Positions 8,710 to 18,273 of a stretch of DNA of 61,422 bases are shown here, one piece after another; position 1 is the first letter of the stretch; each line of letters begins with the position of its first letter. Below the pieces are notes generated by a model. That model did not search any database. It saw nothing but the letters and a program-made list of their open reading frames with translations, and was not told the origin of the DNA. A program made the position numbers and the translations under genes. The stretch is from a virus (taxonomy: Duplodnaviria; Caudoviricetes). The DNA lies in the IMG/VR virus record IMGVR_UViG_3300033407_000369, positions 1 through 61,422 of that record. One strand, written 5' to 3'.

Positions 8710-11162
8710 TGAATTGCGTTTGTGGCGGGAACAAATTCCAGGAAGAGCAACGGGGATTCTATGAGGTCACCGAAAAAGGGGTGACTCGCCTGGCGAAAGG
8801 CAAATTGCCGGTCGCTATTTGTTCTGAGTGTGGTCAGATTCGCCGCCCTGGCCAGGAAGATTCCGAGCAATACAAGCGGTTCTACCAGCAATATCAGCCA
8901 TGCAGTGAGAAATATGACGCGAAAACCTACCAGCACGACCGGGGACTTGCTGTTAAACGCTGCGATACCTATGACCTTGGCGGGCTTGCCGATGTTACCT
9001 TGCTGGATATTGGTTCCGGCTCCGGCGCTTTTGTCGATGAATGCCGGGTCAGAGGAATTCAGGCATTTGGTTGCGAAGTCGCCGAATATGCCTATGCTGA
9101 ATCAAACACCTTTATCTACAAGGGATTGTTCAACGAAATCAATTTCCCGACCGATCATTTCGATATCGTAACTTGCCATGATGTTTTGGAGCATGTACTT
9201 GATCCCGTCGCCTTTGTTGCCGAAGCATTCCGGGTATTGAAGCAGGGCGGGCAATTCATTATCGACTTCCCGGATTTCTTCAACGAGTCCGGTAAGCACC
9301 ATTGGAAGGTCGAACATATTTGGTATTTTACCCCCAGCCGGTTGAAGCGGCTGCTTGATGATGTCGGGCTTGTTGTTGAAAAACTCGACCATCCAATCGA
9401 CAGCAAAATCGTTTTCTATTGCAATAAGCCAAAGCAAGACCGGCCTTCAATTCTTTTACCCCCTGGTCTTGGAGATTCCTTTTGGTCGATTACAAAATTG
9501 CAAGCGTTTTTGAAGCGGGAGAAGTTGGTCCTGCCGGATGTTTTCATCGCCTGCAATCGGGAAAAGAAATTTGATGGCCACAAGCGGGCCTTCCCGTTTC
9601 TCGAAATGTTCCCTTTCTTGAACTGCTCTGGGGAAAGCCTTGGAGACAAAGGCGACCCGGAGTTGCGGAATATCTGGAAAGAGGGGTATGGCCATCAAGG
9701 GCGAACGATTTTCAAAAACGTTCTGGGATGCGATTATTTTATCTCTTACAATGGCTGGCTCCGGGTCGGCGCCCATATGGAAGAGTGCGACCCCGACCTG
9801 AAAACCGACTGGCACCCGCCGATGTTCGTTTCTCTCGAACAGGAGAGATACAAAGAGCATTGCCAGAATAGCTATGGGAAATATATCGTTTTCTATTTCA
9901 TCTTTCAAGGTACTTACATCTATTGGCAAAACGAATTTTCCATCAATAAAATCGCCAATTATATCAAAGACCTTTGCAAAGCAACGGACTGTACTCCGGT
10001 ATTTGCCGGGGCGAAGTGGGATGCCGAAGAGCGCACGGCCAGGCAGTTGAAGCAGCTTATCCCTGGCGCTATTGATTTAGCCGGGAAAACCAGCGTCCAG
10101 CAGCTTTTTGGTTTGATTCGCGGGGCGGAATTGGTTTCTGGATTCCCTTCTGGCCTGACCATCATGGCTGCAACTCTGAGGGCCAAAACGCTGATAATCT
10201 GGAATCAGTTTTACAACAGGCAATTTTTCTGGAACGCTTGCCCGCCTGATACCAGAAACGTCAACTATTTTATCGAGGACACCAAAGGACTCGACCATGT
10301 GGCTTTAGCGCGGATGAGCGCGGATATTATCGAGCGCGGGAAGCCCAGAGGCAATCCCCGTTCTCTTCTCCCGACGCCATCCGTCCCTAACCTCACGAAA
10401 GGCTGGAAACCCACCCCGCTTCCTCAGGAGCGCCCACAGTTGCCATCGAGAAGGATTGTAGAGAATCGGGTTGCCAAGCCAGAACCGCCCCCTCAGACAA
10501 AGCTGGATTTGATTCTGAACAAGGGCAAGTTGACGGTTGTCTGTGTCCTGAAAACTGGCGGAGAATACACCAGAAAATATTCGATGATTATGCAAAACAT
10601 GGTTGAACGAAACACAACCATCAAGCATGATTTTTTGGTGTTGACCGACGCCAATCTTGTCCACCAGAAGCAACTCCGGCTTGCTCGGAATTATCCCGGC
10701 TGGTGGTCGAAACTGGAGTTGTTCAGGTTGAAAGGCCCGGTCCTATATCTTGATCTCGACACGGTAATTGTAGGGAATATTGACCGGCTGGCTAAAGCTG
10801 TTATGGCCCTGCCGGAGAATTCATTTAGGATGCTTACCCCGTTCAACGAGGGTCGGGCCAGCAAAGGGGAATGGGCCAGCGGGATATTGGCCTGGAATGG
10901 GGATTTCAGATTTTTGCTCGACAATATCCCGGCAAGCAAAACCGATTCGTTCTTCAAGGGTTGGGATCAGGTTTACATCTTCAAAAAGCTACAACAGCAC
11001 GGGATAACCATTGATTCGATCAACCGGCATGCCAAAATCTACAGCTATCGCAGGCATTGCGTTGATGGTTTACCAAAGAATGCCGAAATTGTCTGTTTCC
11101 ACGGCAACAACCGCCCCCATTCGACAAATAATGTTGATTGGGTCAACCAGAACTGGAGATAA
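8709..11162 (+). CDS. Multidomain fusion: Zn-ribbon + class I methyltransferase + GT9-like (GT-B) + GT-A glycosyltransferase
   Basis: LDIGSGSG and DVLEH (MTase); GLGD and DLAGKTS...SG (heptosyltransferase-like); Pro-rich linker; VCVLKTGG...WWSKLELF...YLDLDTVI...DQ...CFHG (GT-A). Confidence 0.75.
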   Translation: MNCVCGGNKFQEEQRGFYEVTEKGVTRLAKGKLPVAICSECGQIRRPGQEDSEQYKRFYQQYQPCSEKYDAKTYQHDRGLAVKRCDTYDLGGLADVTLLDIGSGSGAFVDECRVRGIQAFGCEVAEYAYAESNTFIYKGLFNEINFPTDHFDIVTCHDVLEHVLDPVAFVAEAFRVLKQGGQFIIDFPDFFNESGKHHWKVEHIWYFTPSRLKRLLDDVGLVVEKLDHPIDSKIVFYCNKPKQDRPSILLPPGLGDSFWSITKLQAFLKREKLVLPDVFIACNREKKFDGHKRAFPFLEMFPFLNCSGESLGDKGDPELRNIWKEGYGHQGRTIFKNVLGCDYFISYNGWLRVGAHMEECDPDLKTDWHPPMFVSLEQERYKEHCQNSYGKYIVFYFIFQGTYIYWQNEFSINKIANYIKDLCKATDCTPVFAGAKWDAEERTARQLKQLIPGAIDLAGKTSVQQLFGLIRGAELVSGFPSGLTIMAATLRAKTLIIWNQFYNRQFFWNACPPDTRNVNYFIEDTKGLDHVALARMSADIIERGKPRGNPRSLLPTPSVPNLTKGWKPTPLPQERPQLPSRRIVENRVAKPEPPPQTKLDLILNKGKLTVVCVLKTGGEYTRKYSMIMQNMVERNTTIKHDFLVLTDANLVHQKQLRLARNYPGWWSKLELFRLKGPVLYLDLDTVIVGNIDRLAKAVMALPENSFRMLTPFNEGRASKGEWASGILAWNGDFRFLLDNIPASKTDSFFKGWDQVYIFKKLQQHGITIDSINRHAKIYSYRRHCVDGLPKNAEIVCFHGNNRPHSTNNVDWVNQNWR

Positions 11163-11166
11163 AATC

Positions 11167-11838
11167 ATGCAACCACCGATCCTGATTACTGGTGCCGCCC
11201 GTTCTGGAACAAGCATGACTGCCGGGATTGTTAATATTTGTGGAGCATTTGGCGGGGTTATGTCCGGTCCGAACCAGAACAACCAAAAAGGAATGTTTGA
11301 GAACTCGGCCATACGGCAGAATATCGTCAAGCCATACCTGAAAGGGATTGGTTGCGACCCCCTCGGCCAGAAGCCTTTACCGTCAAACCGCCAGATGTTC
11401 GAAGCGACCCAGGAGCAAGCAGCGCGGTGGAAAGAGCGGGTCGAAGCAGTAATGAAGGCTGAAGGGTACAAAGAGGGGCCGTGGTTCTATAAAGGGGCCA
11501 AATCCTGCTTGTACTGGTATCTCTGGCATCTGGCGTACCCAGAGGCTAAATGGATCGTAGTCAGGCGTGACGCGAACGATATAGCCCGCTCCTGCATGCG
11601 AACCAGCTTCATGCGGGCCTATCGGGATGTAATCGGCTGGCTCAGATGGGTCGAGGAACATGAAAAGCGATTCCACCAGATGCATGTTGCAGGATTGCAG
11701 ATCCGGGAGGTTTGGCCGAAAAAGATGATCGATGGTGACTTCGAGGAAATGAAATCGGCCATTGAATGGCTTGGCTTGGCTTGGAATGAAAACATGATCC
11801 GGGCTTTTGTTGACCCGGCTTTGTACGGGAGGAAATAG
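11167..11838 (+). CDS. Sulfotransferase-family P-loop protein
   Basis: ITGAARSGTSM (5'-PSB) and RRD-x-x-D-x-x-x-S (3'-PB) motifs; RBS GGAG. Confidence 0.75.
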   Translation: MQPPILITGAARSGTSMTAGIVNICGAFGGVMSGPNQNNQKGMFENSAIRQNIVKPYLKGIGCDPLGQKPLPSNRQMFEATQEQAARWKERVEAVMKAEGYKEGPWFYKGAKSCLYWYLWHLAYPEAKWIVVRRDANDIARSCMRTSFMRAYRDVIGWLRWVEEHEKRFHQMHVAGLQIREVWPKKMIDGDFEEMKSAIEWLGLAWNENMIRAFVDPALYGRK

Positions 11839-11841
11839 CAA

Positions 11842-12222
11842 ATGGCAAGAGTGGTTGCAGCAGACATAACGGCAATCATGGACGTCGATTCGTCCATCAC
11901 CGACTTGACCCCGTTTATTACAATGGGGAATTTGCTAGTCGATAGTACTTTGTCTAATCAAGGACTTTCCGAATCCCTGTTGACTGAAATTGAAAAGAAT
12001 GTGGTCGCTCATTTGATTTGTTCCCGCGATCCTAGGGCGGCAGAGGAGCGAGCAGGCACCGGTGGAGAAATTCAGGTAAAATATACCGGCAAGTGGGGTG
12101 AGGGCTTGAAATCGACGCCATACGGCCAAAACGCCATGTTGCTTGACCCAACTGGGCGACTGGCCAATCGGGGCGCAAAACGGGCCACAATCAGCATGAT
12201 TGATCATTCGGTGGAGCCATGA
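11842..12222 (+). CDS. Head-tail adaptor (DUF4054-like)
   Basis: AHL...LKSTPYGQ motif; first gene of the neck block. Confidence 0.7.
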   Translation: MARVVAADITAIMDVDSSITDLTPFITMGNLLVDSTLSNQGLSESLLTEIEKNVVAHLICSRDPRAAEERAGTGGEIQVKYTGKWGEGLKSTPYGQNAMLLDPTGRLANRGAKRATISMIDHSVEP

Positions 12223-12566
12223 ACAGCAGGACGGCAAAACACCTATTGCGGCAAGACGCGGTTTATTGGGCCAATCCTATCAACGATGGATATGGCGGGT
12301 ATTCCTACGATACCCCGGTGGCCGTCAAGTGTTGTTGGCTGGACAAACAAGAGAAATTTATTGGAGCCGGGGCGGAAGAATTGGTCAGTCGCGCTGTAGT
12401 GCTGGTTGATCAGGCTATGGCTGCAAAAGGAATGCTCGCTCTGATTGCCCTTGCTGATTTGTCCAGTTCAATGGAGCCAGAAGATAATGGGGCTTTTGAA
12501 ATCAAAGCGGTTGGGTCTGGTCCGGATTTCAAAAATCAATCTTCGATCCGGAGGGTTTGGTTGTAA
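12219..12566 (+). CDS. Head closure / neck protein
   Basis: 115 aa, DGYGG motif, neck synteny. Confidence 0.55.
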   Translation: MNSRTAKHLLRQDAVYWANPINDGYGGYSYDTPVAVKCCWLDKQEKFIGAGAEELVSRAVVLVDQAMAAKGMLALIALADLSSSMEPEDNGAFEIKAVGSGPDFKNQSSIRRVWL

Positions 12567-12994
12567 TGGCTGGGGAGGCATCATATCGTAGTAATACGAA
12601 GGGAAAATTGGTCGGGGTCGATCTCGTGCTGAAGAAGCTCAATATCGAAATAGCCAAGATCGAAGGGCGGACGAAGGGCGGACTGCGCTCGGCGGCATTA
12701 GAGGTTAAGGCGGCGTCTTTGCGACTAACTCCGCACGAAGACGGCCATCTGAGAGGCTCTGCATATACCGAAACTTTTAGTACCTCATCCGGGCCGGGTT
12801 CGGTCATTGGGTATACCGCTGAATATGCTCCTTGGGTACACGAAGCTCCTGGAGTGTTGAAAGGTTTACCGAGGCCGTCTGGAAAAGGAGTTTTTTGGGG
12901 ACCGTCCGGGGAGCCGCAATTTTTGAGGAAAGCGTTGATGAGGAATGTCAGATTGATCCTCAGAAGAATTAAGGAGCACGTGAAAATCAAATGA
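12566..12994 (+). CDS. HK97 gp10-like tail completion / minor capsid protein
   Basis: TP-x-x-DGHLRGS, YAPWVHE and PQFLRKA motifs. Confidence 0.75.
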   Translation: MAGEASYRSNTKGKLVGVDLVLKKLNIEIAKIEGRTKGGLRSAALEVKAASLRLTPHEDGHLRGSAYTETFSTSSGPGSVIGYTAEYAPWVHEAPGVLKGLPRPSGKGVFWGPSGEPQFLRKALMRNVRLILRRIKEHVKIK

Positions 12995-13380
12995 ATCCCG
13001 CAAGCGTTGATATAAAAGATCGTTTGGTTTCACAATCAGTCGGAACTTTCGCAACCGATTTGTTTATCGGTATTATGCCGGAATCCCCGGATGCTTGTGT
13101 TTCGATCCGGGACATGACCGGCCCTCCGCCAGAACTTAGGTATGAACTGGACTACCCGTCAATTCAAATCCTGATTCGCGGTGCGAAAGGGGCGTATCCA
13201 ACCGCATTTGCAAAGGCGCAGGCTGTCCACAACGCCTTGCACGGTGTAGTAAACACGACCATCAACTTGACCAGATATTTGTTAATCTCTGCGGCACATT
13301 CACCGGCTTATCTTGGAGACGATTCGTTGAACAGACCGCTTTTTTCCATAAACTTCGATGTCCAAAGAACAACTGCATAA
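12991..13380 (+). CDS. Tail terminator / minor capsid protein
   Basis: YPSIQILIRG and R-x-x-FSINF motifs; precedes tail tube. Confidence 0.7.
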   Translation: MNPASVDIKDRLVSQSVGTFATDLFIGIMPESPDACVSIRDMTGPPPELRYELDYPSIQILIRGAKGAYPTAFAKAQAVHNALHGVVNTTINLTRYLLISAAHSPAYLGDDSLNRPLFSINFDVQRTTA

Positions 13381-13392
13381 GGAGGAAACAAA

Positions 13393-13812
13393 ATGTCAGT
13401 GAATGCCGTAGTATCAAAAGGAACTCTCTTCAAGAGGGGAAATGGGGAAAGCAATGAAACTTTCACCACAATTTCGGAAATCAACAGTATTGGATTACCG
13501 CAGCGAACCCGGCCAATGATCGATGCCACCGATCTTAGTTCAGTTGCCAGGGAATTCGTCCCTGGTCTACTGGACTCTGGTCAGGTTACGTTGTCGATGA
13601 ACTTTACCAGAGACACCTACATAGACATGGTGAACGATCAGGATTCCGACACTTCGGTCAACTATCAGATCGTTCTGCCGGATACCGGGGCGACCACCAT
13701 CGACTTCGCCGGGTATGTCCAGGACATCGGCGGGGCATCCCCCGGCCCGGATGAAAAGGTGACCGTGGACGTAACAATCAAAATCACCGGCGGGATTACG
13801 ATTAGTTCGTAA
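13393..13812 (+). CDS. Tail tube protein (lambda gpV-like)
   Basis: IDATDLSS...EFVPGLLDSG motif; RBS AAGGAGG. Confidence 0.8.
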   Translation: MSVNAVVSKGTLFKRGNGESNETFTTISEINSIGLPQRTRPMIDATDLSSVAREFVPGLLDSGQVTLSMNFTRDTYIDMVNDQDSDTSVNYQIVLPDTGATTIDFAGYVQDIGGASPGPDEKVTVDVTIKITGGITISS

Positions 13813-13848
13813 TTTGCGCCATTAAACCAAAACCAGAAGGAGAACAAA

Positions 13849-14238
13849 ATGGAAAATCAGAACAAAGAAAATGAAACCGGATTTCTCGGGAAGGACGCAA
13901 TCCTGGGGGCCGAAGACCTGAAGCGGGAGCGGGTCGAGGTTCCCGAGTGGAATGGTGCCGTCTATGTCGGTACGATGACCGCTGCCGAACGAGATGCCTT
14001 CGAGGCTTCGATGGTCACCGAGAAGGAAGAGGGCAAGCCACAACGCAATATGGATAACTTCCGGGCGAAGCTGGTAGCCTCGACGATCCTGAATGCCAAT
14101 GGCAAACGCATGTTCACTTTGGAAGAGGCCCGCGAACTCGGCAAGAAGTCGGCCAGTGCAATCAACCGGATTTTCCAGGTTGCCGCTCGGTTGAACGGGG
14201 TCGGACAGCAGGATGTCGAGGAACTCACAAAAAACTGA
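13849..14238 (+). CDS. Tail assembly chaperone (gpG-like)
   Basis: VEVPEW motif; ends ...TKN* on the slippery sequence. Confidence 0.8.
   Translation: MENQNKENETGFLGKDAILGAEDLKRERVEVPEWNGAVYVGTMTAAERDAFEASMVTEKEEGKPQRNMDNFRAKLVASTILNANGKRMFTLEEARELGKKSASAINRIFQVAARLNGVGQQDVEELTKN
14229..14235 (+). promoter_or_regulatory. -1 ribosomal frameshift slippery site A AAA AAC
   Basis: X XXY YYZ-type heptamer directly before the TGA; the -1 frame is open to 14588. Confidence 0.8.
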
Positions 14239-14588
14239 TAGCCCGGCCGGGGCGGAGGTTTGCATTTCGCCTCTGCCTCGCGCTGGGCTTTGCTCACCCG
14301 GATTCGCTGTACCGGGAGTTGGATGCAAAACAGATGGCGGAATGGGAAGCATACTCGATGATTGAACCATTCGGAGAACGACATCAGGATTTGCGTTTCG
14401 GGATGCTCCAGTGCTTGATTGCGAATGTCAACCGGGATAGCAAGAAGCATTCCGCGCCATATCGCCCGGACCAGTTCTTGCCGCCGAACTACGAAACGTA
14501 CTCGGCGCAGAAAGAGAAAAAAGCGTCTGATACCAAGGTGCTGAACATCTTCAGGATGCTGCGGGATCAACTGCGGAGGAAGAAATAA
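14235..14588 (+). CDS. Tail assembly chaperone frameshift extension (gpGT-like)
   Basis: -1 frame reads LIARPGRRFAFRLCLALG...EWEAY...EPFG; abuts the tape measure gene. Confidence 0.75.
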   Translation: MIARPGRRFAFRLCLALGFAHPDSLYRELDAKQMAEWEAYSMIEPFGERHQDLRFGMLQCLIANVNRDSKKHSAPYRPDQFLPPNYETYSAQKEKKASDTKVLNIFRMLRDQLRRKK

Positions 14589-16628
14589 ATGGCGGTGACG
14601 ATCGGTACATTGATGGCTTATATCGGGGCGGATACTTCCGATTTGAAGAAAGCAGAAGGGAGGGTCAAAGCATCTACCGATAAAATGTCGTCAAATTTTT
14701 CTTCCCTTGCAAGGGTTATTGGTGGCGTTTTTAGCGCAGTAGCCATCACCAATTTTGCGCGGGAGGTTGTGAAAACCGCTGATAACATGACCCTTTATTC
14801 GGCCCGGCTCCGCCTTGTTACAAATTCCCAGAAAGAGCAGATGTTTGTTCAGGACCAGCTCTTCAAACTGGCGCAAGAAACCAGACAAGCATACGGCGAT
14901 ACAGTAAACGTCTACGCCAGGCTTGGTCGGGCCGCCCGCGCAACTGGCAAATCGCACTTTGAATTGCTGGAGGTAATGGGCAATTTGAATAAAGCGATTA
15001 TCGTTTCTGGCGCGACGACCCAAGAAAGTGCAGCCGCTTTAATCCAGCTGTCACAGGGCTTGGCTTCAAATCGACTTTCTGGCGAAGAGTTGCGCTCGGT
15101 AATGGAGCAAATTCCCCGCGTCGCTCAGGCAATTGCGGATGGCCTTGGAGTTGACATTGGTAAATTTAGGGAAATGGCTTTCGCCGGGAAGCTGACTGCA
15201 AAGACAGTAATCGATTCTTTGCTGACCCAAACCGACGTTCTGAACCGAGAATTCGCCGGGATACCTGTCACTTTCGTGCAAGCTATGGTCAAAGTCCGCA
15301 ACGTCTTTGACAGATATGTTGACGACCTGAATAAATCAACAAACGCAACCGGAATTCTCGTTGATGCGGTTGAGGAATTTATTGCTTTTCTCGAAACACC
15401 AGAGACAAAACAGGTAATAGAGAATTTTGTTAAAGATTTGCCTAACCAAATCCTTTTGGTTAAAAATTCAGTCCAGGACTTGCTGACTATCTATAGTAAA
15501 TTACCAGAAGGAACAACTGCTGGGCTGATCGGGGCAATTCTGTTTGGGCCAAAGGCCGGATTGATTGCATTTTTAGTTGATGCGGTAGATTTGACTGAAG
15601 CGCTGGTAAATTCTATTGCTGGTTTCGAAGCCGTCAAAGAAGGGAAGTTGACTTGGTTCGAATATGCAACAGCCAACGCCGATGAACTGAAGTCGCTTCT
15701 TGCCGATATCGCGAATAAGAAGAAAGAAATAAATGCGGTGGTTTTTGAGCCGGGAGCCGCTACATTTGAAGAAGCGCTGGTAAACGAAGGAGTTTTCCCT
15801 TTATTGCCGTCTCAGAGAACTTCCCCATCATCTGCGCCACCGCGACTAGAAGGTTCAAAAGGTATTGCTTTTTCTACTTTCCAGTTTTCCGACGATACAT
15901 TGATAAAGATGCAAAAAGTCAGAAAAGAACTGGAAGATTTCAAAAAAGAACTGCAAACAGAAAAACTCCAGGGCCAACTATCTCAGGAACTCCCCGGAAT
16001 GCAAACCCCGGAAATGTTTGATGACTATCTATCAGAACACAAACAGGTATCCGAAGAGGTAGCAAAAACATGGATTGCCGCATTCCAGACCATCGAAGGC
16101 CAGTTTGCAAATACTTTCCAGATGGCCATGGAAGGCGACTTCGACGCGATCCTGGACAGCTGGGTTAACATGCTCCAGAGGATGGTCGCTGAATGGGCAG
16201 CATCTCAGGCCATGACGGCTCTTTTTGGGAAAGACTATGGGAAGGGTGGCCAGGGCGGATCGGGACTCCTGGGGGCTGTAGGGACGTTTATCGGGGGATT
16301 GTTCGGCGGCGGGGCAACCGGAAAAAAGACTGGCATGGCTTCCGGCGGCATGATCACCGAACCAATTGCTGGCATCGGTACTTCTACCGGCAGGCGCTAT
16401 ACATTCGGCGAATCCGGGGCAGAAAGGGTGACCCCGGTTAATCAAATGGGGGTGGAGAGCAACGGGGGCCAGGGCGGCAATATGACAACCAGCATTAATA
16501 TTATGGCTGCCGATGCTCAATCTTTTTCCGACCTCGCAAAAAGGAACCCACAGGCAATCATCGGCCCGATAACCGATGCTTTAAGACGAGGGAATAAAGG
16601 ATTGCGCTCTGCGATCCAGGGGGCTTAA
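14589..16628 (+). CDS. Tape measure protein
   Basis: 679 aa, helical; QLSQGLAS-x-x-LSGEELRSVMEQ tape-measure motif; MASGG C-terminal motif. Confidence 0.9.
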   Translation: MAVTIGTLMAYIGADTSDLKKAEGRVKASTDKMSSNFSSLARVIGGVFSAVAITNFAREVVKTADNMTLYSARLRLVTNSQKEQMFVQDQLFKLAQETRQAYGDTVNVYARLGRAARATGKSHFELLEVMGNLNKAIIVSGATTQESAAALIQLSQGLASNRLSGEELRSVMEQIPRVAQAIADGLGVDIGKFREMAFAGKLTAKTVIDSLLTQTDVLNREFAGIPVTFVQAMVKVRNVFDRYVDDLNKSTNATGILVDAVEEFIAFLETPETKQVIENFVKDLPNQILLVKNSVQDLLTIYSKLPEGTTAGLIGAILFGPKAGLIAFLVDAVDLTEALVNSIAGFEAVKEGKLTWFEYATANADELKSLLADIANKKKEINAVVFEPGAATFEEALVNEGVFPLLPSQRTSPSSAPPRLEGSKGIAFSTFQFSDDTLIKMQKVRKELEDFKKELQTEKLQGQLSQELPGMQTPEMFDDYLSEHKQVSEEVAKTWIAAFQTIEGQFANTFQMAMEGDFDAILDSWVNMLQRMVAEWAASQAMTALFGKDYGKGGQGGSGLLGAVGTFIGGLFGGGATGKKTGMASGGMITEPIAGIGTSTGRRYTFGESGAERVTPVNQMGVESNGGQGGNMTTSINIMAADAQSFSDLAKRNPQAIIGPITDALRRGNKGLRSAIQGA

Positions 16629-16629
16629 C

Positions 16630-17211
16630 ATGGTTTCTTTCCCGGATATTTCACCGCAGCATCCAGAAGACATCAATCTTGAGTTTTTGACTCTGGTGAC
16701 AGAATTCGATAACGGAGAAGAAAACGCGAAACAGAAGCGATTGTTCCCAAGGCGAAAGATCAAATTGCGATTTGCCGGGAAATCTATCGCTGAAGCCAGA
16801 ACTCTTTGGACTTTTTATATCGCTCGCGGAGGCAAATTTGGCACATTTAATTATTTTTCACCTTTTTCAAATGTTTACGCCGGGGAATATGTTGCAACCG
16901 GAGATGGGACAACCGCTTCGTTCAATTTGCCTTCCAAACTCGCTGCTGATTTCTCTGTATATATCGACGGTGTCGAGCAAACAGAAAATGTTGATTACAT
17001 ATTCACGGCTTCGGGCGGGGCTGACGGTGCTGATTTGCTATCCTTTATTGATTCTGTTCGTATCCCTGAAATTGGGGAAAGGATTACATTTGATTTTACC
17101 GGAATTTTAAAAATCAAATGCCGCTTTGCTGATGACTTTATGAATTTTCAAACTTTTTACAACAGAATTGTGAATTCAGAACTTACTCTTCAAGGGCTGT
17201 TGAATGCGTAA
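16630..17211 (+). CDS. Distal tail protein (DUF2460-like)
   Basis: TGDG and CRF-x-x-D motifs; follows tape measure. Confidence 0.65.
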   Translation: MVSFPDISPQHPEDINLEFLTLVTEFDNGEENAKQKRLFPRRKIKLRFAGKSIAEARTLWTFYIARGGKFGTFNYFSPFSNVYAGEYVATGDGTTASFNLPSKLAADFSVYIDGVEQTENVDYIFTASGGADGADLLSFIDSVRIPEIGERITFDFTGILKIKCRFADDFMNFQTFYNRIVNSELTLQGLLNA

Positions 17212-17863
17212 TATTGACGCCAATATCAAATCAGCGCTCGAATCAGAGGAGCTGCGCCCTTTTCTGTTAGTGTCGTTAAGCATCGACAGCAATCCCATAA
17301 CCATCACCGATTGTGACGTGCCTATCGCCTGGAATGGGGAACTCTACGAGCCTCGCGGGTTTTCTCCCGGCAGCGTCTCATATTCAATCGGCCAGGTCGT
17401 CGATTCTGTTTCTTTTGCCGTCGATAATGTCGATGATTTTTTTACCGCGTCATTTGTAGGCGGAGATCCGAGGGGCACCCAAGTTGATATTCGGATGGTT
17501 TTACTCGATTCTGATTATCAAATTATTGGTTCGTCAGCCGACGATAATGCAATTTTGTTTATCGGATATATCGACGAATGGAGTTTGAACGAGGGTAAAA
17601 TTTCTATTGTTCTCGCAAATGCAATTTCACAATGGAACAAAAAAACCTTACGGCTGCAATCTGCTTCTTGTTCATGGGTGGAATTCAAAGGCGATGAATG
17701 CAGATATTCTGGTGCCGAAACTGAATGCAACCGATCTTATGCCCGCTGCTCTGCGCTGAACAATACCGCAAATTTCGGCGGAGAAAGATGGTTGCCATCT
17801 TTGGATTCTCAAGAAATCGTTTGGGGTAAGCCTTACGCCCCTGGGTTAAAAAGGTTTTTATGA
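17204..17863 (+). CDS. Tail hub protein (DUF2163/BR0599, lambda gpL-like)
   Basis: C-terminal Cys cluster CSW...ECRY...CNRS...C...NFGG. Confidence 0.75.
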   Translation: MRNIDANIKSALESEELRPFLLVSLSIDSNPITITDCDVPIAWNGELYEPRGFSPGSVSYSIGQVVDSVSFAVDNVDDFFTASFVGGDPRGTQVDIRMVLLDSDYQIIGSSADDNAILFIGYIDEWSLNEGKISIVLANAISQWNKKTLRLQSASCSWVEFKGDECRYSGAETECNRSYARCSALNNTANFGGERWLPSLDSQEIVWGKPYAPGLKRFL

Positions 17864-18273
17864 TCCCTTTTGTCGAAATAAGTCAGCAGCTTGTTGGCAA
17901 AAAATATTCACTTGGCGAATGCGATTGTTTCCGCGTCGTATTGATGTTTTTTGATATTGTCGGGGTCGGTTATCCGAAGGAATTCAAAGGCGTTACTGTT
18001 TCGAATTATAAAGATTTGTTTTTGTCAGATCCTATTTCGGCAAAAGAATTGATGATTGATTTTTTGGATTCTTTTATTGAATCAATCCGACCTGCATATT
18101 ATATTTCAGGGGATATTTTATTATTACAACGCGAAGGATTCTTACCGTTTTTGGCAATCGCTGCTGGGAATGGTACAATAATTTCTGCTTCAGAACAATT
18201 TGGAGTTGGTACTACTCCAATCAAATTTTATAAAACAAAAAGAGCCTGGCGATGCCTCAAGCAATCCCGATAG
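17860..18273 (+). CDS. NlpC/P60-like tail-tip protein
   Basis: G-x-x-DC and GDI motifs; catalytic His not evident. Confidence 0.55.
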   Translation: MIPFVEISQQLVGKKYSLGECDCFRVVLMFFDIVGVGYPKEFKGVTVSNYKDLFLSDPISAKELMIDFLDSFIESIRPAYYISGDILLLQREGFLPFLAIAAGNGTIISASEQFGVGTTPIKFYKTKRAWRCLKQSR

